A stretch of 64,000 nt of DNA from Vicugna vicugna (taxonomy: Eukaryota), in contig MU058824.1 in the NCBI GenBank assembly GCA_013265495.1, positions 6,033,245 to 6,097,244 on the forward strand, written 5' to 3'. Positions 37,324 to 50,205 of the stretch are shown one piece after another (the first letter of the stretch is position 1; every line of letters starts with the position of its first letter). A program made the position numbers and the translations under genes. The notes under the pieces were generated by a model that did no database searches, was not told the origin of the DNA, and worked only from the letters and a program-made list of their open reading frames with translations.

Positions 37324-39640
37324 ATTCCAGGTTAAAGATAATGGATATACAACAGATGTTTATCTCCTCTCTTCTCCTGAAAGTTCGCTTAAATTATTAT
37401 TAAAGGAAAACAATTTAGGTTAAACCTTCAGTGATAAAGAAAATAGAAGGGCCAATAGCAAATAAGAGTTCTCAACAAATTTATGGAATATAATCGAAGC
37501 AGTTGAAGGAATACTGGAAGAGGTGAAGGGAAGCCACAAACTGGACAATGTATGAAGAACAATCCAGCGGTGGATTCTGTCTCTGATCCAAGAGAACCAC
37601 AAAGAGGCTCTGCTCTTAGAAATATACATACTACGTTTGTGAAGGAGGGATGAGTGAGCACAGAACTGAGATACAGAAATAAAAACAGAAGATTAACTGA
37701 AGATTTCTATATGAAATACTCAACAGCCACATCTCATTCCCACATACAACATAAACTGGGGTTTATGATATTGTGATTTATAGTAAGAAATATATATTTG
37801 GTCTTCATCCCTGTTTTAGGCAAAGAGCTCCTAAAACCCTTGTAATTTCCTAAATGATTAGAGCAGCCATAAAGTTGTCTTTTGTTATTCATAACAAGCA
37901 CTTTCAACCACACCTAAGTTTATGTTAATGAAGTGACTTTCAGAAAGCCTCTAGGTAACTTGAGCTGGAGGCTGGCTGCCAGGGAAACTAACTGATTAGA
38001 GAGTTGAAACTTTCAGCCTTGCCCTCTGACCCCCCAAACCCCTCCTCCTCACCTCCAGGAAGGGGTGAAAGGCTGGAGATCGAATCAGTCACCAACAGTC
38101 AATGATTTAATCAAGTTGCCTGCTTCATGAAGCCTCCATAAAAATTCCTGAACTACGGGGTTTGAGAGCTTCCAGGTTAGTAAACAAGACCACATTCATG
38201 TGCTAGGAGGGTGGCAAATCCCAAACTCCAGAGACAGAAGCTCCTGTGCTTGGGACCCTCCTGCACCTTGTCCTAGGTATCTCTTCATTGGCTGTTCATT
38301 TTTACCCTTTAATGTCTTTTGTAATAACTTGGTAATCCAGAAAGTAAACTGTTTTTCTGAGTTTTGTGAGCTGTCTTAGCAAATTAATTGAACCTAAGGT
38401 AGGGGTCATAGGAACCTCCAATTTATAGCTGGTACAGCCAGTAGAGTGGGTCAGAAGCACAGGTGACAACCTAAACTTGTGATTGGCGTCTGAAGTGATG
38501 AGTTAAGCATCTTGTGGGACTAAATCTTTAACCTGTGGCGTATGATGCTACCTCAAGGTAGAGAGTGTCAGAATTGAGTTAAATTATAAAATACCCAGTT
38601 GGTGTGGCAGAATTACTTGATGTATGGAAAATTCAAACATCTGGTGTTAGAAATGAAGTAGTGTTGTAGTAGAGCATTGAGAGTAGAGGAGACACAAAGG
38701 AGAATGCTTTTTTTTTCTAAATAGGGTTCAATATAAAAAAGTTAGAGACCTTCTTAGAGATATTGGATGACTAAAGAAAAGATCTCCACATTCATTCATG
38801 TAGAGGAATCCCAGTGTATCAATCTTCTTCCAGGCCATCATTCCAAAGAGAAGTTGACATTCTAGTTGATATTGTCACCAGTATATAATCTCCTAATAAT
38901 CTTATACTGCCTCACTTTCTTACAGCGAGAAAGAAAGAAAGTGAGAGAGAGAGAGAGAGAGAGAGAGAAATGGACCAGAAACAGACAACTCAAGGAATTA
39001 AGGATAGTTGGGTTTTTTTAAGAAATTGAATTAGCACTTTCAGATATTTGAAAAACCACATATAAAACATGATTCGTATTCTATGAAAATGAAACAATCA
39101 TGGAGGAAAAACAGGCTCTTCAAAATAAAGAATATGATTGCCAAAAATATTAGTAGAGTAAAATAAATCACTCAATGTAGATCCGAAAGACTGAAAATAT
39201 TAGAGAGAATCTAACGAGCCTATGAGTCTAAAGTTCAAATGATAGGTGTCACAGATAGAGAGTATAGAGAAAATGAAAGTGAGAAAAATCAAGTAAGAAC
39301 TCAATCAAGGTGCTTTTCTAGAACTTAAGGACTCAAGTCCTCAAAATGCAAGGGCACAACAGTAGACAGCACAACAAAAGATATCTACTTGGGCACATCA
39401 CCATGACATTTCCAAATATTCAGAATAAGGAGAAGAACCTTAAGGTTTCCAGAGAGAAAATGCAACCAACAAAGAAATGAGAATCAGACCGGAATCCGAT
39501 TTTTACAACATACGGTGCAGTAACTTTATATTTCTGAGGAAAAATTATTTTCAGATTAAAATCCACCACCAGCCAAATTATCATGCAATGATATGATATA
39601 AAAGAAATCATTTCATATTGAGAAAATTTACCTTCTGTAC
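37324..39640 (+). mobile_element. HAL1-like element (5' end plus ORF1-like region) split by a MER21C LTR
   Basis: ttccaggttaaagata...tttatctcctct 5' start; ORF1-like ttttctagaacttaagga, ttctgaggaaaaattattttc homologous to 4790-6270. Confidence 0.6.
37764..38723 (+). mobile_element. MER21C (ERVL) solo LTR
   Basis: gatattgtgatttata..aagaaatatatatttggtcttc start; agagctcctaaaaccctt; perfect 5-bp TSD GGGTT (37759-37763 and 38724-38728). Confidence 0.88.
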
Positions 39641-39829
39641 AATATATTGCTTTTCCTGGAAATTCCAGACCCTTTATCTACTCTTAGCTTCCAGACTACA
39701 GGGTTTTTAGAATTTGTAATTTAATTTGACTTAAAGAAAGTTCTTATTGCCAATCTAATAATTTCCCCTTCACATCTTATATTCTATTCCTTAGACTTAT
39801 TTTCTATTCATTCTCCCATGTGCCCCTAG

Positions 39830-40020
39830 ATCCATTTATTCATCAATAAAGACTTATTACTATCTTCCATATGCTACACATTGCAGTAGTCATTAAGAGG
39901 TACAGATGAATAAGGCATGGTGCCTCCCTTCAGAGAACTTGCTATCTAATGCATGAACAGACATGCAGACAAATAATTACAATCTCCTTGAGATAAGTGC
40001 CATGGGAGAGGAGATCAGAT
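39830..40020 (-). mobile_element. L2 3' end
   Basis: catttattcatcaataaa...atgaataaggcatggtgcctcccttca. Confidence 0.7.
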
Positions 40021-41354
40021 AGGGTGACATGCAGTATATTCAAGGATTACTAGTTCCATTAAGTAAAAACCTTCTAATATCTTCCTTAATTTCCTTACTT
40101 TCCTTACTTAATTTATACTAATTTGTTCATTGTGAATTGTTATACCCTAATTTCTTAAAGTATTTTCTTCTTTTATTTCCATGATCAAGTCTAAAAAAAT
40201 GCTGCCTCCAAATGATATTTGGGGCACATGAGCACACTACCAATATTTTACTATATAACAGATTACACTGATTCAATAAATATTGAGTTCAACACCTTTT
40301 AAAATCAAAAGCCCACTAGTATAATAAAATTGCTTCTAGGAGATTTATGAGAATTATAGCTTCTAAATTTTTGAACTTAGGCTGCCCATCAAATAATGAA
40401 AATAATTTTTTTAAAACAGAGTTCTAAACATGTTTTTGAACTAAAGTATAGTTTTAAAAGAACTGCAGATAATAGTTTCATAATTGGCAAGTAGTGTTGA
40501 CAATTTATTTTCTTGTTAAACTAATTATAGCTATTTTTACTGCTATCATTATGACTATCAAATATCTGTCTATTAAATATCAAATTCCTAAAGAGCCATA
40601 TCTCTACACAGAAATGTTCTTTGCTCTGTTTGTGAACCAACAAATGAGAACAGAAAGCATTAAAATCTTTTCAAGGGATTAATTAGAATGGCAGAGATAA
40701 AGCTAAGATCTGATCATTGACTTAGAATTTTGTCCACTAGTTTATTCATGACTAATGACCTACTTTTTTCACTCTACTTATCTGTCATGCTGAAGTAACA
40801 TATTAATAGGGGGACTTACCTCAGGTACTCTCTACAATGTCTATAGCTCCTGCCAGACCCGTACCACTGCTCTGCTGTCTTTTAGCTTTGAATTAGGCCT
40901 TTCCCATCTTTGGAACTTTGATAAGAATAACAAACATTTTGGGAGGGCAATGAGGGCAGCTTTTAGAAATACATTTTCTTTTTTTTCCTTATTATATGTG
41001 AACAGTAAATGGTATTTAAAGCTTAGAAGTAATGTTTTTGAAATCAGATCCCATAGTACTATTTCACAGAGCTATCAAGTAATTTCAAGAAAAACTGGAG
41101 AGCTGAAATTTGAGATAGCCAGTTACAACAATGGAACAGGATCTTAAGGTTGGCTGGTATAATGTTGGTTGAGGTAAGAGAAGGCATTGATATTTGGGGT
41201 TCTGGACTCAGTGGGGTACATTGGGATGAGAGAGCTGAAGTGTAGTCAAAGTTTTGCATTTTGAGTTTTCACACTGACTCAAGGTGGCTGTAATGTTTTA
41301 TCTGATTTTATATGTATAATTTAAGTTTTCTAAAATAATTTAGATATTAAAGAG

Positions 41355-41552
41355 CAATATTTCTCAAAGTCTAATGCTGGAGTTCTGATCAGCTTGCATC
41401 AAAATTACCTGAATGATCTGTTAAGAATACAGATTCTTAGGCTCCCCATCAGACCTAGTAAATTAGACTCTTTAGGGGAAAGGTCTAGAAACCTGTATTT
41501 TAACTAGCATCTCTGGTGAATTTTTCTGTACAATAAAGGTTAAGAATGATGG
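41355..41552. mobile_element. MER5-family MITE
   Basis: ttctcaaagt...aatacagattcttaggctcc...cagacct...ctgtattttaac. Confidence 0.75.
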
Positions 41553-43679
41553 TAATAGAGTAATCAATTTAGGGAAGGAAAATGACAGGCAACATTAGGA
41601 TAGGCAACTAGATAAAACATCACACATACAAAAAAAAATCCAGACAGATAAACTGGGCATATGCAATTAGGGAATTGCAACTATCCATGAGGGGAAATTT
41701 CATGCCAAAAGAAAGAAAAATAAGCAAATAGACCATTGGAAATGATGAGGCAAATGAAGGCATAGATGAGTGAAAACGGCAGTGGCAAACAGGGTGGGAT
41801 AAAAAAACTACTACAGAAACTCAAGGTATAAAGAGAGATTGAGATGTCTGGGGATATTGTTGTAAAGCACTGTCTAACTGGCTCCCATGCCACTAAAAAT
41901 ATTTCTGAGATGTCAGTATTATTGTCTCAAAAACCTCAGGTTCTCCCTAACCACTGAACACTACTCCAGGAAGTGGTCTGAACTGCTAAAACAATAGTCT
42001 TCCTCTCATCTTCAAAACAACAGGTGTGGCCCTGGTGCAATTTTCTGGCTTGATGGATATCAAGACAGCAAGGCAAACATTCTATTGTTTTCTCTGCTAT
42101 TTTCTGCTGAGTCTAGTTCTCACCTTTTTCTCTGCAGATACAAAGCTTTATATTACCCAGGTGAATAAGGAACTCACAGTCAAATTAGTACAGCAGCTAA
42201 AAAAGTAAGAGAAGGCTGTATCAAATGGGTATTTTATAAGGTTTTCTACAATCAAGCCTAAAGAGAAGAATAAAAAGAGAAAGCACATTTTAAAATTGCG
42301 TGGTGGTGGGCAAGGAACTTGATTTTAAAAGTTTATCAGATATCAAGAAGGTAAAATGAACTTGAGCATTGAAAAATTTCAGTGGTACAGGTAAGATAAA
42401 ATCTCTGACTATTTAAGATTTCTTAAAACAGATTTTTCACCTCTAGCTGGCTTACAAGAATGTACCAAGCTTTCCTTCAATAATGAAATGCAACCTTCTC
42501 AGAGACACTCAGTGATCTAGGAATCAGGGTCTCTATCCTAGACTCATGGCAGGCATTACTAACTGATCATTAACTTCTTCACACTCAACCCAGTGGAGCC
42601 TCCTAAACCCACCACAACTTCTTAAACGTTCTCAACAGAATGTCCAGCAGCCCCACTCCAAACAAGACACATGAAATAATACCTTTTGTAAGTCGAGCTA
42701 GAATGTTGCCACTTATTCAGCTTTTCTTTCAAGGGAGTCCATATTTCTATATAAATTTGGCAAAGCTTTGAAACTTGAGCACTCATTGCATGAATCAAAG
42801 ACTACAGTTTTCTCTTTGCTTCCTAACAAGATGCTGCCTCTCTGCTGCCTTCCTGATTCTACTATGAGTATCTACAGCAAAACCAACTCCTCCCCCTCTC
42901 CACAGTGATGCCTGCTCTTCTGGCCTTCTCCTGCGAAGAGCACTCACTTTCCTCAAGTTTAGCAAATAGCTCGTACATATTTACCTTGCATAGCCTCTAA
43001 TATTATCCTTTGGGTCTGCAGATAATACAACCCAGTCCTTGTGTTTCTATAGTTGAGATTATGTTATCTGGTTTCAGAGCATGGAAAGAGGGTTCACTTT
43101 CCTTTGAAAGTGCTTAAATAAGGTTTCTTTGTAATTCTATATGTTTGATTTGGGTACCTAGAAACTATTATGTCATGTGGACATATGTGCTCCAACAGTC
43201 TTTTTATCCCAAAGGCTTGAGGCAGTGAAGTAATTCCAGTGCACTTTCAGTACCACTAGAGGTAGGTTCTTCACAATTGTAAGGAATTCAGCTTCAGCTG
43301 GCTTCTGAACTAAGTGAGAGTCTAACTTCAGGAAGAACCTTCCTGCATCGACCAAGAACATAGGTATAAGTGGTTCATACCCAGTGGTTAGGGACAACCT
43401 GAGGTTTTTGAGACAATGATGTTGACATCTCAGGAATATTTTTACTGCCATGAGAGCCAGATATACAGGGCCTTAAAATAATATGTCCTGAGAGCTGAAA
43501 ATACCTAATGTGCTACCAGGTGAGTCATGAGGTAGGAGACCCTGATATGGGAGAGACTAGGAATCTGGCAGAGCTCCTGGAGCCATAAATGAATTGTAGT
43601 TAATAACCTATTATGGGTATCCACGCATGCTTTGGAAAGGTATCAGCTATCAGGAAACACAATCTATACTCCAACAATC

Positions 43680-43830
43680 ATTAGCGTAAGAGGAATGTTA
43701 AAGACCTTTTTATCCAACCGACCCTCCCTTTATTTGATATTTGGGATAACCGAGATCTAGAAATATTAACTAACTTGCTTTAAGTTACACAGAGAAGGAA
43801 ACTCCAGTTTCCCGGTTCTTGGGCCAGTCT
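43680..43830 (-). mobile_element. MIR fragment
   Basis: atccaacc...ccgag..ctaga...aacttgc...aagttacacag. Confidence 0.5.
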
Positions 43831-46229
43831 TTCCTCAACTAGCCAACAACACACCAGTTCTTAGTTAATAATGATTCAGATTCACTCAGTATTTGAGAAG
43901 TATTCTTGCTGTGTAAAAGTATATGTATTTCTGAATGAATCTTCCATCCTTCCTTCTACTGCCTCCATATCTTGGGATCTCTCTTCATTAACATTATGTT
44001 TAATTAAAGGGTTATGTTAAATTATGTTAAAGGGTTCATGTTTGATTTTGAAAGACAGACGAATTAATGAACAACAATAAATAGCATTTATTATTTAGAG
44101 TTTGATGATAATTTAGAGATCAGAAAATAAAGCAGAAAAATACTGAATCATAAATAATGTAGACTGGGAAGCCAATGATAAAGTCCTACCTCCTTTGTGG
44201 CTTCTGTCAACATGGTTGCAAAACACTAATTTCTAAGAATAGCCCTCAAAGAAAGAATTAGTGCTGCATATATTTTTTACTTTGGTATTTCAGAACACAC
44301 TATCCAATCTTTGTACACCTATGTGAGTGTGACTGTACTCACTATCTGCTTTCCTCATTCTCTACTTCAGCTCCTACTGACAGTGGAAGGTTGCCTTTGG
44401 AACATGCACAGTCTGTCCTATGTTGATTCTTTTTGAAAATATAAATTTTTGAAACAACAGTAGATATCCAATCTCTGCTTGGAGACATAGAAAAGCAGGA
44501 AAGAACGTTGCTCCTAGCATTTTAGTGAAAAAAAAAAAACTGGAGAAAAACTCATGACTATTCTTGAATCTATCAATGTGCTAATATCAAGGAGCAACCA
44601 ATGGCCCAGAATCTAGGGAGAAAGAGGAGTCTATAGGGAGAGAGAAGATATGAGCAGTAACTTAGCTAGGTCAAATGTCAGTAAGAAGTTAATCTAATTT
44701 AATTAATGTGGAAGCTAAACACCAGTAAGAAGAGTTCAACTAGAGAGACAGGCAAATTTCTGGAGGCCAACAGTACATTGATGAGAGGGTTAAGGCTTAA
44801 GTGGCAGGAAATTTAAATTCTTTCCCCACTGACAAACCTCACTGAACACTCACAGAAACAACTGGGAGAATCCTGAAAATGTCTCCCTTCTAGTTTAGAA
44901 CTAAAAAAGGATAACAGCAGTCACTGAAGGATAGGCAAGAATTGGTCCAGACCCTTCTCTCTTTTCTTACCTACAAAAATAAAAAGAAAAGAAGGAGGAA
45001 GAGAAAAAAAGTTATAATCTGTGGGGAAAAGGGAAAAAAGCATTATCCCAATTAGTAAATTACTAAAATCCCACTGAAATTGGGGGAAGATAACAGGAAA
45101 TAAACTGAGACACCTGAGGGAGGAGTAGCAATACCTGCAAGGTTCAGAACATCACTGGGAGAGGGGCAGGACCAATGACAAGGCCACATCCCCAAGATAT
45201 AGGGACACAGTGACTGCCTAGACTGAGGCTTAAATTAAACAATGGAGAATATCCAACTCTTAATTAGATTAACACAAATCCTGGTACTAAAGGCCTGGCT
45301 AAAGGAGATGCATACTCATTTCAAAGGATAAAAATTGTTTACCTCCATCTCTAATATCCTACATAAGATATTCAGCTTCCAACAAAAAAGGACAAGGCAT
45401 ATAAAAATGTACGAAACAAACCACTCCCAAAAGACAAAGTGATCATCGTAACCAGAGTTAGATATGACAAAGATGTTAAATGTCTGACATAAAATTTTAA
45501 ATTACTATGAATTAATACATTAAAAGGTCTAATGGAATAGATGGACAATAGCTAAGATCAGATGGGTAATTTTAGCACATAGGTGGAAACTATAAGAAAG
45601 AATCAAAGGACGGTGTGAAATCAAAAGCATAGTATGAGGGAACAAGAATGTCTTCAATGGGCTCATAAGCAGAGTCAACACAGGCGACTAAAGAATCAGT
45701 GAACTAGAAAATAGGTCAAAAAGAGTTATCCAAACAGAAATACAAAGAGACAAAAAGAGAATTAAAAAGGATGGACCATTCAAAAGCTGTAGGACAACAA
45801 AAGGTTTAATGTACATGTAATTATAGCCCCAGAAGGAGAAAAGAGAGAGAATAGAACAGGGGAAATATTTGAAAAACGGTAACAAAGAATTTTTCAGGAT
45901 TAATGATAAACACCAAACCATAGACCCAAAACACATAGAAAAAAAATTTTTTAATTGCTAAAATCAAAACAAAGAGATAACTTTAAAGGAAGAAAAAAGA
46001 AAAATTACATGGAAAGGAAAAAAGATATAAACAATAGATTTCTCTTCAGAAACTATGTAAGCTAGAAAATAATTATACAGTATCTTTAAAATATTGAAAC
46101 ATGAAATTGTCAACTCAAAATTCAATCCTCAGCAAAAATAACTTTCAAAAATGAAGAAATAATAATTTTCACAGACAGGTACAAACTATAGGAATTTACT
46201 GCCAGTCAACTTACTCTACAAGAAATAAT

Positions 46230-49200
46230 GAGAGTGATGTCAGCAAGATGGCCAAATAAGATGTCCTCCTCTTGCATCCCCTCTGAAAAACAATTTGGCA
46301 TCCATTCACACACAAAAGTGCCTTTCTCGGAGTGCTGGAATCCAGGTAGGAGATTGTGAAACCATAGTTAAGTCCAAGACTGAGAAGAGCCATGTTGAAA
46401 AGGCAGGTTCACACCCAAGCAGCTGACTCACTGCCCATGGCCTCAACTATAGATCCAGAAAAATCTCTACCTGCTGAGGACAAGGACCCCATTTGGCTTG
46501 GTCCTGTCACAAGCATCATACACCAAGGGACCCAGCAGAAATTACACCTACCCCAAGTATTAGGTAACAGGCATACAGAATGTGGTCCCAGCTGTGGACC
46601 CCGAAGTAGCTCATGAACCAGATCCTCTCAGTCACAGTCTGGAAGCACCTGGAAACAAGGCTACCAAAGGTGGTCAGACTATAGATTCTAAAAGGGCCCA
46701 AAACTGGGCCCCAGTGCATTCCAGCCACATTTTGTGAACAGTCCTGCTGGCATAGGTACATGACAAGAGACTCTTCCATCTGTGCCCCCAGAGATCCTGA
46801 AAGGGCCTTATAATTGGTTCCATGCCCCTCATAACCACAGTTTGCCAATAGTCCTGCAGGTCAAGGTATCTGGTGGGGAACAATCCCATCTGTAACCTGG
46901 AAGATTCATAAAAGGCCCTATACTAGGCTTCAACCTCTTCACAGCTAGAGTCTGTCTATAGTCCTGAGCATCCCAGGTCTCAGTGGGAAACACTACTGTC
47001 TGTGCTCCCAGTGATCCTAAAGGTCCCAATACTCAGTTCCAGCCCCTCTCAGCTGCACTCCTTGAGTAGTTCTGTGAACACAGGGATCAAGCAGGAGAAA
47101 CTCCTGTCCATGCTGCTAAAAATCACTAAAGGGCCCTATGCTCGTCTCTAGCTCCATTCAATCACAGTCCACAAGCAGCACTGCTGGCCCAGGTACCCAG
47201 TGGGAAACTCTGGGATCTGGAAAGCGTCTTGTTCTTGGCTCCAGCCCCTCCAGCCATGGTCAGGAAGCAGTTAAGCCCATACAGGGGCCTGAAAGGGAGA
47301 CATGCTCATCCATGGCTCCAGAGCCAAGTCTGGAGACCTCAGTCTTGGTTGTGGAACCTGAAATAGCCCTGAGATTTGGTCCCAATCCCTCTCAGCCATG
47401 GTCCAAGATCAGCCCAGCCTATCCAGAGATCAATCCAGTGACTAGGCAGGACCCCTTCTAGGAATCTGCCAGAACCCACACCTGTTCATGTACTTGGTAA
47501 TAGGCCCAATGATTGGGAACCCAACTGTGGATCCTGAAGCAAACCGTTGTCCAAGTACCACCTACTGAACAAGGTTCTAAAGGCAGTCCAATCCACCCAA
47601 GGACCAGACAATATCCACATCAACCAGAGCCCCTAGTAACAAACCTACTAGCCACAGATGCCACCACGAACTTGTGACAGCCTCAGAACCAGTGCCAAAC
47701 CAGCAAAACTAAGATTCTGAAGGTAATTCTACCAACCCAGGGAACCAAAAAGAGAAGATCTTCACCTCCCAAAACCAGGATTTAAAAAATAGATTTCAAA
47801 GGCACAGAGATCAATGCAAGGCTACATGGATCATAAAGAAGCAGGCAAATATGACAGCAAAGAAAACTAATATAGCTCTGGTAATCAACTCTAAAGAAAT
47901 GAAGATTTATGATTTGCCTGACAAAGAATTCAAAATAATAATCTTAAAGAAACTCAGTGAAATGCAAGAGAACATAGACAAACAAATAAAATTAGGAAAA
48001 CAATACATGAACAAAATGTCAATGAAGTTTAATAAACAGAAACCATAAGAAAAAAACAAACAGAAATCCTAGAGCTGAACAAAACAATGACGAGACTGAA
48101 CAGTTCAATAAAGAGCTTCAAAAACAGATTTGATTGTGCAGAAGAAAGAATCACTGAACTTGAACAGATAGAGAAACAAAAAGAAAAAAGAATGGAAAAA
48201 AAATGAAGAAAGCCTACGTGAAATATGAGACACAATGAAATGGACCAACATTCCCATCATAGGAGTCCCCAAAGAAGACAAAGCTATAGAAAATTTAGTT
48301 AAAGAAATAATACCTGAAAATGTCCCAAATCTTGGGAAAAATAAGGACAATCAAGTACATGAAGCTCAAAGGACCCCAACTAAGATCAACCCAAAGAAGA
48401 TTATTCTAATACACATTATAATAAAGATGTTAACAGTCAAAAATAGAAAAATTTGACATTAACAAGAGAAAAACAATTTATCATATAGAGGGGATGCATC
48501 CATTCCTCCTACCATAAAGTTATCAGCATATTTTTCTGCTGGTCAGAAGGCAGTGAGATAATATATTTAAAGTGCTCAAAATAAAAAAATTGCCAAGAAT
48601 AATATACCTTAAAAAACTGTCCTTCAGAAATAAATAAGAGATAAAGACATCCCCAGATAAACAAAACCTAAAGAAGTTCATGGCCACTAGACCTGCCTCA
48701 CAAGAAATGCTAAAGGGAGTTTCTTCAAGGTGAAATAAAAGAACACAAAGTAACAATAAGAAAATATATAAAAGTACAAACTGCATTGGTAAAGGTAAAT
48801 ATATAGTCAAACTTGGAATGCCTTAATAATATACTGGTGGTGTGTAAAGCACTTTTATTTCTCATATAAAAATTTTTAAATAGTATTAATAACTATAGCT
48901 GCAATAATTTACTAAAGGATGCACAATATAAAAATGTATAAAGTGTGACATCAATAGCATAAAATATAGAAGAGGAGAAGTAAAAGGATAGAGCTTTAGT
49001 ATGAGTTTGAAAGTAAGTTGTCATCAGCTTAAAGTAGTTTTTATATCTATAAAGCATTTTATGTTGGCCTCGAGGTTCCAGAAAGGAAAACCCTATTGTG
49101 GCTACACAAAAGATAAAAAGAAAAGAATTAAAGCATACCACCCACCCCACAAAAAATTACAAAGACAGCAAGAAAGAAAGGAATAAATGGACTTTTTAAA

Positions 49201-50155
49201 AAAATAACCAGAAAACAACAAAGTGACAATAATAAGTCCTTATTTATCAATAATTACTTTAAACATAAATGGATCAATTTCTCCAAAAAAGACAAAGAGT
49301 GGTTGAATGGATGAAAATACAAAATCCAACTATATTCTGCCTACAAAAGACTTGCTTTAGCTTTTTAGAACACACACAGGCTGAAAGTGAAGAGATGGAA
49401 AAAGATATTCCATGCAAATGATAACCAAAAGACAGCAGAACTGTCTACACTTATATCAGAAAAAATTGATTTTCAGTCAAAACTGGTTACAAGAGACAAA
49501 GAAGGTCATGTATAATGATATAAGTGATAAAGGCATCAATTCATCAAAAGGATATAACAACTGCAAATATGTATGCAGCCAACATTGGAGTACCTAAAAA
49601 GTTAAAGCAAATATTAACAGAAATTAAGGGAGAAATAAACAGCAATATAATAAAAGCATGGGACTTGAACACCCCAATTTCAACATTAAGTAGATCATCA
49701 GGACAGAAAATTAATAAGTAAAGAGAAGACCTAAATAACACTATAGACTGAAGTGATCTAACAGACATTTATAGAATATTTCATTCAACAGCACCAGAAT
49801 ACACATCTTCTCAAGTACATATGGAACATTCTACAGGACAAAATATGTGTTGGGACACAAAGGAACCCTTAACAAATTTGACAAGACTGAAAATATATCA
49901 AGTATCTTCCTTGACAACAATGGTATAAAACTAGAAATCAGTAACAGAAGAAAACTGGAAACAATAATCACAAATGCTTTTCAATTAAACCACACACTCC
50001 TGAACAATCAATGGGTCAAAGAAGAAATCAAACAGGAGATCAAAAAGTACCTTGAAACAAATGTAAGTGAAATCAGAACATACCAAAAAGTATGGGATAC
50101 AACAAAAGCAATTCTAAGCCAGGCATTTATACTGATAAATACCTACACTTAAGAG

Positions 50156-50205
<50 letters not shown>

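Noticed and set aside
40820..40915. Possible minus-strand exon ending in GAG|GTAAGT
   Set aside because: Weak AAG acceptor and stops in all three frames; no supporting evidence
46620..47330. Periodic repeat as a CRISPR-like array
   Set aside because: Degenerate tandem monomers without unique spacers, inside a mammalian L1
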